Origin: the human T2T-CHM13v2.0 reference genome, Homo sapiens
Assembly: GCF_009914755.1 (NCBI RefSeq)
Contig: NC_060946.1
Direction: 5' to 3' (one strand)
Length of the DNA: 64,000 bases
A program made the position numbers and the translations under genes. A model generated the notes under the pieces. That model searched no databases. It was not told the DNA's origin and saw only the letters and a program-made list of their open reading frames with translations. This document shows, one piece after another, positions 1 through 14,704 of the stretch. The number at the start of each line of letters is the position of its first letter. The stretch's first letter is position 1.

Positions 1-68
1 CTAATAACCTATTCCTCATCTAAAACAAGCCACAATTACTGGAAATGATGGTCAGAGGAAGGTTTTAT

Positions 69-379
69 CAACCCTGTGTAATACTACACGTCATGTTGGA
101 TCACTATTACAGAGAAACAGTTGTCATGCTGCATTTTAGTAATTCTACACATTACCAGAGAAATGAACAACTCTTGTAGCCACAGAAACCCAATGTAGCT
201 ACTGTCTACATATTCTTGTTTTAGCAACCCTGTGTAATACTACACGTCATGTTGGATCACTATTACAGAGAAACAGTTGTCATGCTGCATTGTAATAACT
301 CTACACATTACCAGAGAAATAAACAACTCTATAGCCACAGAAATCCAACATAGCTACTGTCTACATATTCTTGTTTTAG
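69..379 (+). repeat. Tandem direct duplication, 2 x ~156 bp (69-224, 225-379)
   Basis: Both copies begin caaccctgtgtaatactacacgtcatgttggatc and end ctacatattcttgttttag; a few substitutions in the second half. Confidence 0.95.
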
Positions 380-1375
380 ACCTTTGGTGAAAATACTATG
401 TGTATTAAATATATTTTACATTAGTTTTATCACAAAAAATAAAAATGAGAATTCTATTAAATGCTAATATAAACTCTGGCATGAAAGAAAAATTAAAATC
501 AAAGCTGATCTTAATTAACAAATTGTATTATCTGCTTACATGTATATACAACTATTCATATACAAAGGCACACATGCACTTGTGGTTTTGAAAAATATCT
601 ATTTCATTTCAAAAATTCATTGAACAATATTACATATGGCAAGAAAACTGCCCTTTTTGAAGGATCTTTTAAAAAGTGTTAAACTTTATTAGATACTTCA
701 AACTAGCAAAGCTCAACTTCATCACAATTATATAATAACACTGCATGCTTTCAATTTTATCTCTAGAAAAATACCTATCCCTTGAAATAAACTCTGTGAA
801 CTTCTTGCTCACAGATTTCATTTCAAGCCTTGAAATTGCAGAAAATCAATGCCAAATATACTTGACCCAAGAGGAAAAGAAAATTTCAGGGGTGTCAGGA
901 TGTTTTATCACATAAAATACAGAATTGCAATTTGTATCTGAGCAGGCAACACACCTCCAAAAATAATACAATACTTATCACAAAATACATTCACAGATAC
1001 TAGATTTGGCACAAACCACTCCATACAGCTATTGATCAAGTCAATATTGAAAGCCTTATTACAAACTCTATGGCCCTTTTCTACTCTCCAACAGACATTT
1101 CAGGATGCCACAAACTTGCAGCTCCACTCTATCATTAATTTCCCCTAAATACGCTTGGCAGAAGAATGAGAAACGTCACGTTTTTTCATTTAATTTCTAA
1201 AGAACATCACATCCTTTAAGAATAGGTTCTTGAAATTTTAAAATGTAAAACATAAAAACCCTAAAGAAAAGAAACAAACATCCAAAAACTTTTCTTCAAA
1301 ATCCCAACAACTTTATATGCTATGTGTTCTTGTAAAATACCACACACACAAACTCACATGCATACCCACCCCCCC

Positions 1376-1376
<1 letters not shown>

Positions 1377-1406
<30 letters not shown>
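1377..1406 (+). repeat. (CA)n microsatellite
   Basis: Run of ac dinucleotides. Confidence 0.9.
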
Positions 1407-1433
1407 GTAGCCTCATAATACCATATATATATA

Positions 1434-2318
1434 TTGACATTTAAGCAATTTGTTGTAATCTTCCGCCAGGTTTTTGTTACAGGGTATTGTAATGCCTCTA
1501 CACCAGTTAAATTGAAATAGAGTTAGGTGTGAGTAAATGCATCAAAATTGAAGCCATCTTTCCGAAAAATGCAGCATGACAACTGTTTCTCTGTAATAGT
1601 GATATACATATCTGGTGTATATATATTCATATATATATATTCATATATATATACATATATATTCATATATATATACATATATATATTCATATATATATAC
1701 ATATATATATTCATATATATATACATATATATTCATATATATATACATATATATATTCATATATATGCATATATATATTCATATATATGCATATATATAT
1801 TCATATATATGCATATATATTCATATATATATATGCATATATACATATATATATGCATATATATTCATATATATGCATATATACATATATATATGCATAT
1901 ATATTCATATATATGCATATATATATTCATATATATGCATATATATATTCATATCTATATGCATATATATATTCATATCTATATGCATATATATATGCAT
2001 ATATATATGCATATATATATTCATATATATGCATATATATATGAATATATATATGCATATATATATGCATATATATATTCATATATATGCATATATATAT
2101 GCATATATATATGCATATATATATATATATGAATTCCAACAGAATTCCATATATATATAATGAATTCCAACAGAAAAAAGCCAATTTCGGAAAGATGGCC
2201 TCAATTTTGATGCATTTACTCACACCTAACTCTATTTCAATTTAACTGGTGCAGAGGCATTACAATACCCTGTAACAAAAACCTGGCGGAAGATTACAAC
2301 AAATTGCTTAAACGTCAA
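1434..2318. repeat. 134-bp inverted repeat (arms 1434-1567 and 2185-2318) enclosing a TA-rich tract
   Basis: ttgacatttaagcaatttg...ccatctttccgaaa is the reverse complement of tttcggaaagatgg...caaattgcttaaacgtcaa; I count 3 mismatches by eye. Confidence 0.95.
1604..2160. repeat. TA-rich micro/minisatellite (TA runs interrupted by TTCA, TACA, TGCA)
   Basis: Directly visible; source of the Y/I/H-rich spurious ORFs. Confidence 0.97.
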
Positions 2319-2396
2319 ACCAAAGACTCACATAATTTCATCATAAAGTGAAATTTGCATCCAACTCTCAAAGAATTAGAACATCCTTGCACTTAC

Positions 2397-2518
2397 CTTG
2401 GCCTTGTCCATTCCCCTGATGACCCCAAAAGATCACAGTCATCATCAACAGTCCCGGAGCCCACGTCCACATCCTTCTAGTGACACTTTCATGTCTTCTG
2501 GCCATTGCATCTTAAACT
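2397..2518 (-). pseudogene. ROBO2: Duplicated copy of the first coding exon of the ROBO2a (long) isoform; ATG at 2505
   Basis: Manual translation of 2505-2397 gives MARRHESVTRRMWTWAPGLLMMTVIFWGHQGNGQGQ plus one G. This matches the recalled ROBO2a N-terminus (MARRHERVTRRMWTWAPGLLMMTVVFWGHQGNGQGQ). Acceptor tgcag| lies 13 nt before the ATG, with donor CAAG|gtaagt. Called a paralog because the upstream sequence is replaced by a pericentromeric repeat 3.5 kb away. Confidence 0.88.
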
Positions 2519-4482
2519 CTGCATATTCAGTGGGGTGGATGTGAAAGTACAATAAATTACATTCTTAGAGAAATATACTACGACTCAAATCCCATATCTA
2601 ATATGCACTGTGCATTTCTGAATTATCCTGCTTACAAGGAGGTACATTTGAAAATCATGCTTCCCTTTAGGATTGTCATATTGATGATTAATATGAAAGC
2701 TCATTCATCTTTAATCTTTATTCTAAGCATTCGTCTGAATTACATTTTTAATATCATTTTCCAAAACAGGCCATTTAACCTATGAATGTTAAAAAGTACT
2801 CCCAATATACATATTGGAGTTCAGTCAAGCAAAAAAATTGTGTATGGACACTACTTAAGTATAACTTGATATTTAGGCAAATTGATGAATTTAACATACC
2901 ATGTAATCTCTACATATATACAAAAGGACTTTTCAACACACTTATGTAAGTTTAGCATAAATACCCTTGAAAATATTCTCAAGTTTTAAGTGGTATTCTA
3001 ATTATGGCAGTAATTAACTGAATAAAGAGATTCATCATGTGCAAAAACTAATCTTGTTTACTTAAAATTGAGAGTAAAATTAATTATAGAAGTTACAAAA
3101 CACTTGTAATTTTGATTTCAGATATATAACCCACAGGACTTTCATATATACAAACATTATATATGACAATGTATATTTGAATGTTCATTTTGAAACTGCT
3201 TTTCATACTGACACATGAAAATACTTAAATGTCCACCAAAGCAAGGTTATTTATTCATACATTTGAATGATATACAGTAGCTCAAAAGAATAAACTTGAG
3301 TTGCATGTACTAATATGGATGTGTCAAAAATGAATAGTGAAGCAAAACTAGCAAATTGAATAATGATAAGTTCAAAACTATACCTTTCATATGTAAACAT
3401 GTACAATAGTTAAAACTATACATTTTATGTTGCATAAATATATAATACAGTATAATAGCGCATAAGAATGATAAACACCTTCAAGACCAAAGTTAGGAAA
3501 TTACAAGACTACAATTTAAATGATTAACAGGTGGAATTTTAAATCAGAGGTTACTCCTAAATCCCAATTTTTCCACAGTTGACAAAATACGGAGTTAAGA
3601 AAAGTAAATTTAATGATTTCCAGAATGAATGCTTTATTCAAAATGCTACATAATTACAATTCTAATAAACTTGCAAGGGAATCCAGTTACCCAGAAGTTT
3701 TCTTTCTCCCTTTCTCCTACATCACGAAAGGGGAAGATTTAATTACCAACTTTGCATTACTTAACTTCAGACTCATAGTATCAGAGCTAAAGAGAAATGT
3801 AAGAAACACCTAACTCAACCTCTCCATTTTAAATGACCAAATGATTTGAGAAGGTTACAATGACATTTCTAAGTTCATATGTAAAAACAGAATTTTGATG
3901 ACAATGACAGTTTAAGTACTAATAAACACTCCATGAAAAGTTACTGTAATCCAGGTTATTTTACTGAGCTAAATGCCTTACATTCTTTACCCAGTTTGGT
4001 TTTCACAGAAATCCTATGAACAAAGCACTTTCAAAATTTACCACTTCACAGCTAAGAAAAACAAGGCTTAGAGAAATGCTACACGATCCCCTAGTCATGA
4101 GGTTAGTAGGTACTATTGTGGAGACTGAGGCAAAACAGGACGATTTCAATGCCTATGCTCTGAACAAGTAAACACTAAGCAGGAATTTAGTTCTAGATCT
4201 CCCAATTGTAATCCAATAATCAGCCAAAAAATGATTCTGAGGGGAAAAAAAGATGTCTTGTGTACGGAGCCTCAAGTATTTGATCCCAAATACATCTTCA
4301 AATTGAAAATCATTCGAGCATAAGGCAATAGAATTACTGTTTCTAAAATCATCAACCTTTCCCAAGTTGAACATACAAGTATATTTTATCATACATATAC
4401 TATATGTATGTATAACGTGTGTTTATATAAGTATTCCTGTGGTTTATATATCTGGACTTGGAATCAGAAGTATTTTGTGATA

Positions 4483-4757
4483 TATTTATTTATTTTTTAA
4501 AGTCTCCCTCTTTTGCTCTGGCAGGAGTGCAGTGGTGTGATCATAGCTCACAGCAGACTCCAACTCCTAGGCTCAAGCGATACTTTTGCCTCGGCCTCTC
4601 AAGTGGCTAGGACTACAGGCACGGACCACCATACCCAGCTAATTTTTTTATAGAGATGGGGTCCCACTGTGTTGCTTGACTGGTCTCAAACTCCTTAGGT
4701 CAAGGGATCCTCACACCTAGACTTCCAAAAGCAATGAGATTACAGGTGTGAGCCACC
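4483..4757 (-). mobile_element. AluJ-type SINE, diverged
   Basis: ggagtgcagtggtgtgatcatagctcac...gctcaagcgat...gattacaggtgtgagccacc. Confidence 0.88.
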
Positions 4758-4884
4758 TTGTGTTTTTTGATTTCTTCCATTAATTCTACTTTTAAATTTA
4801 ATTACACAAGATTAATTTTGTATACATAATGAATCTCTTTTGAGGTTTAAATTACTGATATAATTAGAGTAACACTTAACATGA

Positions 4885-4958
4885 CTGTAATCTCAGCACT
4901 TTGGGAAGCCGAGGCGGGTGGATCACCTGAGGTGAGGCATGAGCCACCGTGCCCGGCC
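4885..4958. mobile_element. Rearranged Alu 5' fragment (about nt 23-75 forward, followed by nt 24-1 reversed)
   Basis: ctgtaatctcagcactttgggaagccgaggcgggtggatcacctgaggtg followed by aggcatgagccaccgtgcccggcc. Confidence 0.88.
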
Positions 4959-5932
4959 TATATACATTCTTTTAACTACTACTTGTAGATATTTGTTCCC
5001 TTATAATTATAGGGGAACCACTTTCACTTAGTATCAAAATATCCAGATCCACTCATCAAAGTGTAAATAATCCTTGAGTAAATTACTTTTGCAAATTTAT
5101 TTTTATGTAATATTTACTTAACTTCTTCTTACCTACATCCAGTAGTCAATTTAAAAGGCAGAATTTTTACTATTTTATATAGAACTGAGGCAGTATTTGA
5201 AAAAAATCTCAAAACACTCTTCAGGAAGGACTGGCATCTAAAACACCAGTTCCAATACATATTTTAGTAACATTTTAATGGACAGATGGTTTTCAAAATG
5301 TTATTATAATTTAAAAAAACCTTCCTCTGAGTTGATGTTTATGGAAAACTAATATTTCATAAATGCCAAGTTACTATGATGTATTATCTGAATGCTGCCC
5401 CTGCCATTCTATAAATATAAAAATCATAGCCTTCTAGCTAACTTTGGTATTAGTCAACAGTTGTGCTGATGAAAAGTAAAATCAATTCATTTAAAAAAAA
5501 TTTTCATGAAAGAAAAAACAACTTGTAAGAAGCATGGTAGATGAACCAAAAAATAAAGTAAGATTAACCATAAAGACATGCCATGGACTTCTCTTTTTTT
5601 GGAACACCCTTTTCATGCATATGAGAATAAAAATTAAATATTAAATACCTACTTTATGTATGTACTTTTACTTGTACCTATTGCTCTTTAAAGATTAAAA
5701 TAACTCCTAAAGCCTGGATAGTTGAGCCCATTGTGCTCTTCTGCCCATAAAATTGCTAAGCTGTGAATGGAAGTCCACATTAACAATATGAAGATGTTCA
5801 TCTCTGTTTTTGCAAGTTAAAGGAAAGAAGTTTGTTTTAATCTAACCAGATAGAAATGAGGCTGGACACGTTTAAAAAAATAAGCCCCAAAGCAAATGCT
5901 ATCAAATGCAGAATAGAGAGAAGAAATCCTTA

Positions 5933-7889
<1,957 letters not shown>

Positions 7890-8025
7890 TAGTGGAGATG
7901 GGGTGGAAGGCCCGCACAGCTTGGCATTGCTGGAGTGTGATGTGATAGGAAAAGTGCAGCCGAAGACAAAAAAAGATGTAAGTAGGCTTGACTCAGTGCA
8001 GCTAAGAACCTAGATGTTATCTTGA
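7890..8025 (+). repeat. 136-bp flank shared with the second array (copy at 40641-40776)
   Basis: tagtggaRatggggtRgaaggcc...gtaagtaggcttgactcagtgcagctaaga...agatgttatcttga occurs at both sites. Confidence 0.93.
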
Positions 8026-9945
8026 GGGTATTAACTAATAAGCAGTTTAAATCAGAATGCCACATTCTGATTTTTTGTATGTTCACATTTGGCAGGCATA
8101 GATACTGTTTGAAGAGAGGAAAGTCAGTAGATAGACGTTACAAATATGTGCCAAGTCTAGAAACAAGAGACTAGGGGGATAAGGACCTTTCAAAATAAAA
8201 TGCAAGATTTGAAAACTGATTGGCTGGGGCATGAGGAAAAGGCAGGTCTTTAAGGTCAATCCCTGTTTTGCTTTAAGTTGTTAGCAGGTGGTTTTATCAC
8301 ATATTGTAGAATATGTCATTTAAGTTTTGAACATCTTGAGTTAAATTGTCCTAACATATCTTATGAATTTGATTTTCTTCCCTGGGAAGCTAATATTTCA
8401 AAAACTTAAAGAGTATAGATTTCCAACTTGTATCCAATTTATAAAATTATCTGTAGGGTGCTGGTTTCAGGAGGAGGCTCATGACTATTCTATTTGCAGA
8501 GGATATATCAGGAATTAACAACAGCTTCAATATTTGTGGACGACCAGTTAACTAAGCCACCTCTTAGTGTATTTAGATGGGAAATCTTAGCTGAATATAT
8601 TCAATAATCAACCAAGAGTGACTAAAAAATTCAATATTTAAGTATATTTCATTGTAATTAATTTGAATTGAAGCAGCCATATACAGCTAGTATTTACTAC
8701 ATTGAACAATGCAAATACGAGGAAAAAATTAATAACCATCTCTAATACCACATGCCAAAATCTTCATAAATTTATTCTAGCTAAAGGAGTTTATCAGAAG
8801 CAGCAATTGAAAGCACTAACTAAACCAGCTGGGGTTAATTCACTGTCATTCTCTCAGAACCATCTCTTCTCTGAACAAAACAAGTACAAGAGTTCATTGT
8901 GAATCTGCATTCTCCTTGCCTATTTTAAGGTTTTGATGTTGACACTAATTTGTGAAATCCCTCCTGTGGTGTGATATTTCGTTTTCCTTGCTTTCTGTTA
9001 GGACAAGAATGCTTCAGCTCTTAATTTAAAATTATGTTTCTCCTTCCTAGGTTGAGTGAACTTAGAATGCATTCTCTGACATATCCAAGTTTTTGTTAAT
9101 ATGAATTTGGGGGAAAAAGCATACTTAATTAGCTAAGACTTCTTATTCTAGGCTTGACCCTGTGTTTGACATCTTTTGAATCTGTAGTTGCATAGGCTGC
9201 TCTCTGACACCGGTTAGTGGCCTGGAAGCTATATTAACGTTAGGGGAGGTGGTGTGTGAGCATTACAGGTATCCTTGCAAGGAAAGACTTGTCTTATCTC
9301 AATACGTCTTTTTTTTGCACACAAGAAAGTCAGTGTTTGAGTCTTCTAAAATCTTCCTATTTCCAAGTTGCAGAGTACCATTGATTCCTAAACAAAGATC
9401 TAATTTTTGAGTCAGAGACGTGGTAAGGTAGTGAATCACCATTATAATTTAACAGTCTTCAAGATAAAATTATCTCTCTGATAGTAAGATTTTGCCCAAC
9501 TATTAAGATATTTGGGTGTTTCGTTAAGAATGGAAGACGCTAGTCTCTTGAGCAGAGACTATAAAGGCCTCAGATGATCATTTATAATTATATGCTCTTT
9601 TCTTTAACACCTTCAACACAGTTGGAAGCAGCCGATATTCCCCAGAGTTGTTGTGTTTTTGAAACCAAATGCATGGTTCAGTGGTAGAAAACTGGGTTGA
9701 TCCAAGCTGTTTTCAATAAACACTTCATTTCAGGTGACCTATTTCATATTAAATAATCTCTAGATCCTGTCTTCCAAACTAACTAGATCAGATAACCTAC
9801 CCTGGATTTTCCCCTTTTAGGGTCTGTGAGCTGCAGTCACTTTTGTGAAAATGATTGCAATGACAAGATAGAGGTGTAGACCGGGAAAATGTTTTGACTA
9901 ATTTAAGCATAGTGGTATTTCATATGAGAATTTAAGTGACACACA

Positions 9946-12805
9946 TTTGAAAATTATAATGGAGTCTCTTGGCTGAGCTTTAAAGAAAAATAGCGTGTAG
10001 GCTAAAAAGGGAACTGTTACCTCTCCTAAAATCAGAAAGATGTTACAGTAATTCTCCATTCTCTAGAATTATCAGGAAGCACCTTTGTGATGATTTACTT
10101 TTGCTCTTGGGAGTGTGAACCCGTGTAGTTGTGGAACCATCAGTTAGAATGATGGCTTTCTGATCCCAAAGTCATTCGTTTGGAAAACAATATTTTTCAT
10201 AAATTTGAAAGTGAGAAGGTTTGATCTTGCCATTCCCAAGTAACTCTCTTAATGAGAGGCATCAGCCTGCTTCAGTGACAGCTGTCACCTTCCAGTGCTG
10301 AGAGTCATCTTTGAGTTCTCCATTTCACTCCCTACACTCCAGTTTAGCTGCAGTTCTCTTGGCCAGTCCTCTGAAATACATCTATGGCCTGACGACTTCT
10401 CACCACTAATACCACTCATACTCACAGCATTCTCACCTAAGTCACTACCTATTTTCTGTGGACTACAATAGCCTCCGAATTTATTTGCTCACATAACCTA
10501 TTTATTCTTCACAGTGCACGAGATACACCCCTTTGAAATGCAAACACAGTCATGTTATTCTCTGGTGAAATTATCTCATATATTCCTATCGCATTTAAAA
10601 TTAATTCAGAATCATCCCATGATTATCAAAACCCTACATGCTCTTCCACAACATGGTTTACTTCCAAGATATCTCTTCAACTCTTTTTTCACTGTACTGA
10701 ATTGGTGACTAATAGTCATATTTTTGTTTTTGCTCAAAAAGTCTTGACTTGTAAATTTTTCAGTTTTTCTTTTATCTACAGGTAACTCTTTTTTCGTAAG
10801 GCGAATTGCTTGCTTCCTTGAGTTCTGCTCTCAAAGATACCCTTCATTTTCTACCTAATATTAATAACTTTAATCACTCATTATTCCATTACTATGCTCT
10901 ATAGTGTATACAGTTTCTGTTCTTGGTCATGTTATTAACTAAAGTATTTATTGGTTCCAGTAATTTATTCCATAAATATTGTACACATAAAAATTATGTT
11001 ATTTTTATTGCTGTATGCTCAGCTGCCCAATAACAGTCTGAGGATTAACATATTTGTTAAATGCACAAATACATTCTTTCACAAATATTAGTTTAATAAT
11101 TTTATATTAAACTCCCTATATACTTACAATATGAATTAGATAACTCAGAATAAACATTCCGTTGGAGAAAACTAAACAATTTGTTATAAAACATCCTTAA
11201 AAGCATCAGAAAGTTAATACAGCAATGAAGAATTACAGGACCAAATTAAGAATGGTATGCAAGCCTGTTTGTGAGGCTTATGTTTGGGTTATCTCTTTAC
11301 TTAGAGTGACTATAAATCTCAAAAGAGAACTAAAGGGAGAAATAACCATATCTACTAACATGGTAAGGGTATTTAAACATCTCTTAGTAATTGAGAAAAT
11401 TGAAAGAAAAGAAAAAAGAAAGGGAGAAAGAGAAACAGAGTGAAAGGGATAATGAAGGAGAGAAAGAAGAGAAAGGAAGAGGAAGAAAAGTAAAAAGATG
11501 GAGGAGGGGGAGGGAGGAAGAAAGAAAGGTGGAAAGAAAGAATGGTAAAGTTTTCAACAACATAATTTATCCTTCTAGAATATGAATGTTGGTGTATTTG
11601 ATGATGTCCCACAGATTCCTTAGTCTCTGCTCATTTTTTATTTGTTATTCTTTCTGTTTCTCAGAGTCAGTATTTTCCATTTTCTTATCTTCAAGTTCAT
11701 GACTTCTTCTGTGTGTGCAAATATACTCTGAAATCCCTCTGGTGATTTTTGAATTATTATCACTGTAGTTTTCCACTCCAGAATTTCTGTTATCTCTTTG
11801 TTGATATTCCTACTTTTTAATATTTTTTCTGATTCCTTGATTTCTTTGTTTATGTTTTCCTTTTGACATTTGAGTATAATGAAGAGAGTAGTTTTAAAGT
11901 CTTTGTCTAGTAAGTTTGAAGTCTGGGTTTCCTTAGAGATACTTTCTGTCAGTTTGTTTTGTTCCTTTGAATGAGCCATACTTTCCAATTCTTTGTATGT
12001 CTTGTAACTTTTTTTGAAAACTGGACGTTATAATAATTATAATTACTATGTGGTTATTCTGTAAATCAGAACCCCCCCCCCCACAAACACAGTAATGTTT
12101 TGTGGTTTTAAATTTTATTTACTTATTATATTCTCAAGGTTTTTATTTTTAGTGAAATTTTCCAAAGTGATGTGCAAAACTGTTTGCTTTATAAGGTGTG
12201 GTCACTGAAGTCTTTTCGTTTCCTTAACAAATGTTAAGCTAATGTTTTGACAGTGATTTTCTTGTATGTCAGGAATTAAGCAAACAGGCAAATACAACAA
12301 ACAAAGAAAAACAAGTAATCATTATCCAGCAAAATATGTCTCTAGGCCATGCAGACTGGCTTTGTGCTGGGTTCTTTAAAGCCGACACAAAGTGTGTGTT
12401 CACTCTTGCACTGAGTGAAGTTCAAGTTCACTCTTGCACAGAGCCTGCACTGAGGGGAGGGATCAGCCAAGGTAAAAGTGTAGGGTCTTCTTATGACATT
12501 TGTCAGCATGTGGCTTAACCTATGCATACATGTGACTTTCTAGACTGTCCCATGTACGTGAATGATTTTGAATGTCTTAGTTTTCCAAATACTCTTCTCC
12601 AACTTTTCTTCCTGTGCTGAAGGTGATCTACTATATGTGTAAACTCTAATTTTTGCCCTAAGAGTCTCTGGTTTGTTAGGTATCCTTGCAGAGTTTCTTA
12701 ATAATGTCCATTCCTTATCTGTTCTGTATTCTAGCAACACAGAAAAAAAAAAAAAAGCCTTTCATTAGTCCTTTAGGTATCCCCCAGACCAGTCAGAACA
12801 GACAC
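9946..12805 (+). repeat. Segmental duplication arm A (inverted copy at 61167-64000)
   Basis: Colinear reverse-complement match at both ends and internally; paired ORFs 12342..12527(-)/61440..61625(+) and 11373..11612(-)/62340..62573(+) are near-identical. Confidence 0.96.
11390..11545 (+). repeat. GA-rich low-complexity tract
   Basis: Purine-rich run; mirrored at ~62405-62545. Confidence 0.85.
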
Positions 12806-13100
12806 ATAATAATTTGCGAGTAAGATCTTCTCTTGTTCCTTTGGATCATGGACCAGGGTTTCTCACTGGGAACGTGGGCTTCTGACACCTCAAAACTGCC
12901 AATTTGCTGGGGCAAAGGCAAGTTAAAAATGTCATAAAGTTTTCCAGTTGTCTTTTTCTTGAGTCCACTATCACTCGGTTGTTGTAATCTTTTGACCATT
13001 TTCCAGAGTTTTGGCAAAGTTTATTCGGACAGTTTCTCTTAGTTGTGTGATGTTTCTGTGGGGAAATGAAATATTGCAGCTGTCTCCACTGCCATTTTGC
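11575..13100 (-). mobile_element. Ancient L1M-type 5' region / ORF1 remnant
   Basis: ORF 11638..11988 (...SNLLDKDFKTTLFIILK...EITEILEWKTTV...) resembles the N-terminal coiled coil of old L1 ORF1p; AAAATGGC motif near 13095. Boundaries approximate. Confidence 0.6.
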
Positions 13101-13157
13101 TGATGCTCCTCTTTTGTCAATTTTTGCTTCACATTGTTATGCTTTGTTATTAGTTCA

Positions 13158-13580
13158 TGTATTAGTTTTATAGGGCTGCCATAACCAAGTAACACAAACT
13201 GGGTGCCTTGAACAACATACATTTATAGTCTTATAGTCCTGGAAGCTAAAAATCTGAGCTTGAGGTGTCAGCAGGGATGGTCCCTTCAAGGGCTATGAGA
13301 GAAAGTCTGTTCTATGCCTTGTGTCTAGCTTCTGGTGGTTTAGTGGCAGTCTTTGGCATTCCTTGGCTAATCTCTGCCCTCATAATCACATGGTACTCTC
13401 CCTGTGTGTATGTCTCCCTCTACTCAAATTTCTTCTTTTTATAAGGACATCAGTCATATGGAATTCAGGCTCATCTGATTTTATCTTAACTTGATCACCT
13501 GCAAAGAACCTATTTCCTCATGAGGTCATATTCAGTGGTTAGGATTTCAGCATCTATATAGAGGAAACAATTTAGCTCCT
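13158..13580 (-). mobile_element. MLT1-type (MaLR) solo LTR
   Basis: tgtattagttt...agggctgccataac...aaactgggtg...ttataaggacatcagtcat...cctatttcc pattern. Confidence 0.8.
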
Positions 13581-14256
13581 ATCTGTGCATACATGATTGT
13601 AATAGCTATGTCTTCCTAAAGCGTTGACCCCCTTCTTACTACAGTATAAAATTTTAAAATCCTATTCACATTTTTAATAGTCTATGTTGTGTCTTATGAG
13701 TATAATGAGTTCAGTGTTCTTATGATTGCCCTTTGCATGATATTTTTTGTCATCTTTTTACTTTCAACCCATTTAATATCCTTGCATCTCAGCGTATATT
13801 GTGATCACTTGTTTTAATCCAGTCTGACAATCTCTCCCTCTTGATTGGATTTTAATCTGTTCACATTTAATATTATAATTGGTATAATTCTGTTTATGTC
13901 TGCCATTTTACAGTTTGTTTTGTATATTTCTCAAATATTTATCTTTATTGCTTTATTTTGCAATGAATGAATATTTTCTGAAATAGGGAACTTTAGATTA
14001 CTAATGAATTATTTTACTATATATTTTTGAGAATTTTTGTTGTTGTTGTAAGTTTACCATATAGGTATATGGAAAATTAATTAATCAAATCATCTTCCAA
14101 CTTATACTAGTAAAATTTTAGTAACACATAGAAACATCATTCTTATACAAATCTCTTTTATTTCCTCCATTTTAAAGTATTATCACTTTACACATTACAT
14201 CTATTAAAGTTACAAAGCCAACAATACATTTTAGTAATTATTACTTTACCATCTAG

Positions 14257-14704
<448 letters not shown>

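Noticed and set aside
1523-2223. Y/I/H/M-rich ORFs up to 194 aa
   Set aside because: Translations of the TA-rich tandem tract.
1434-2318. Possible MITE/DNA transposon with long TIRs
   Set aside because: No TSD or recognisable TIR motif; the left arm is fused to a second inverted copy of nearby sequence, which fits template switching better.
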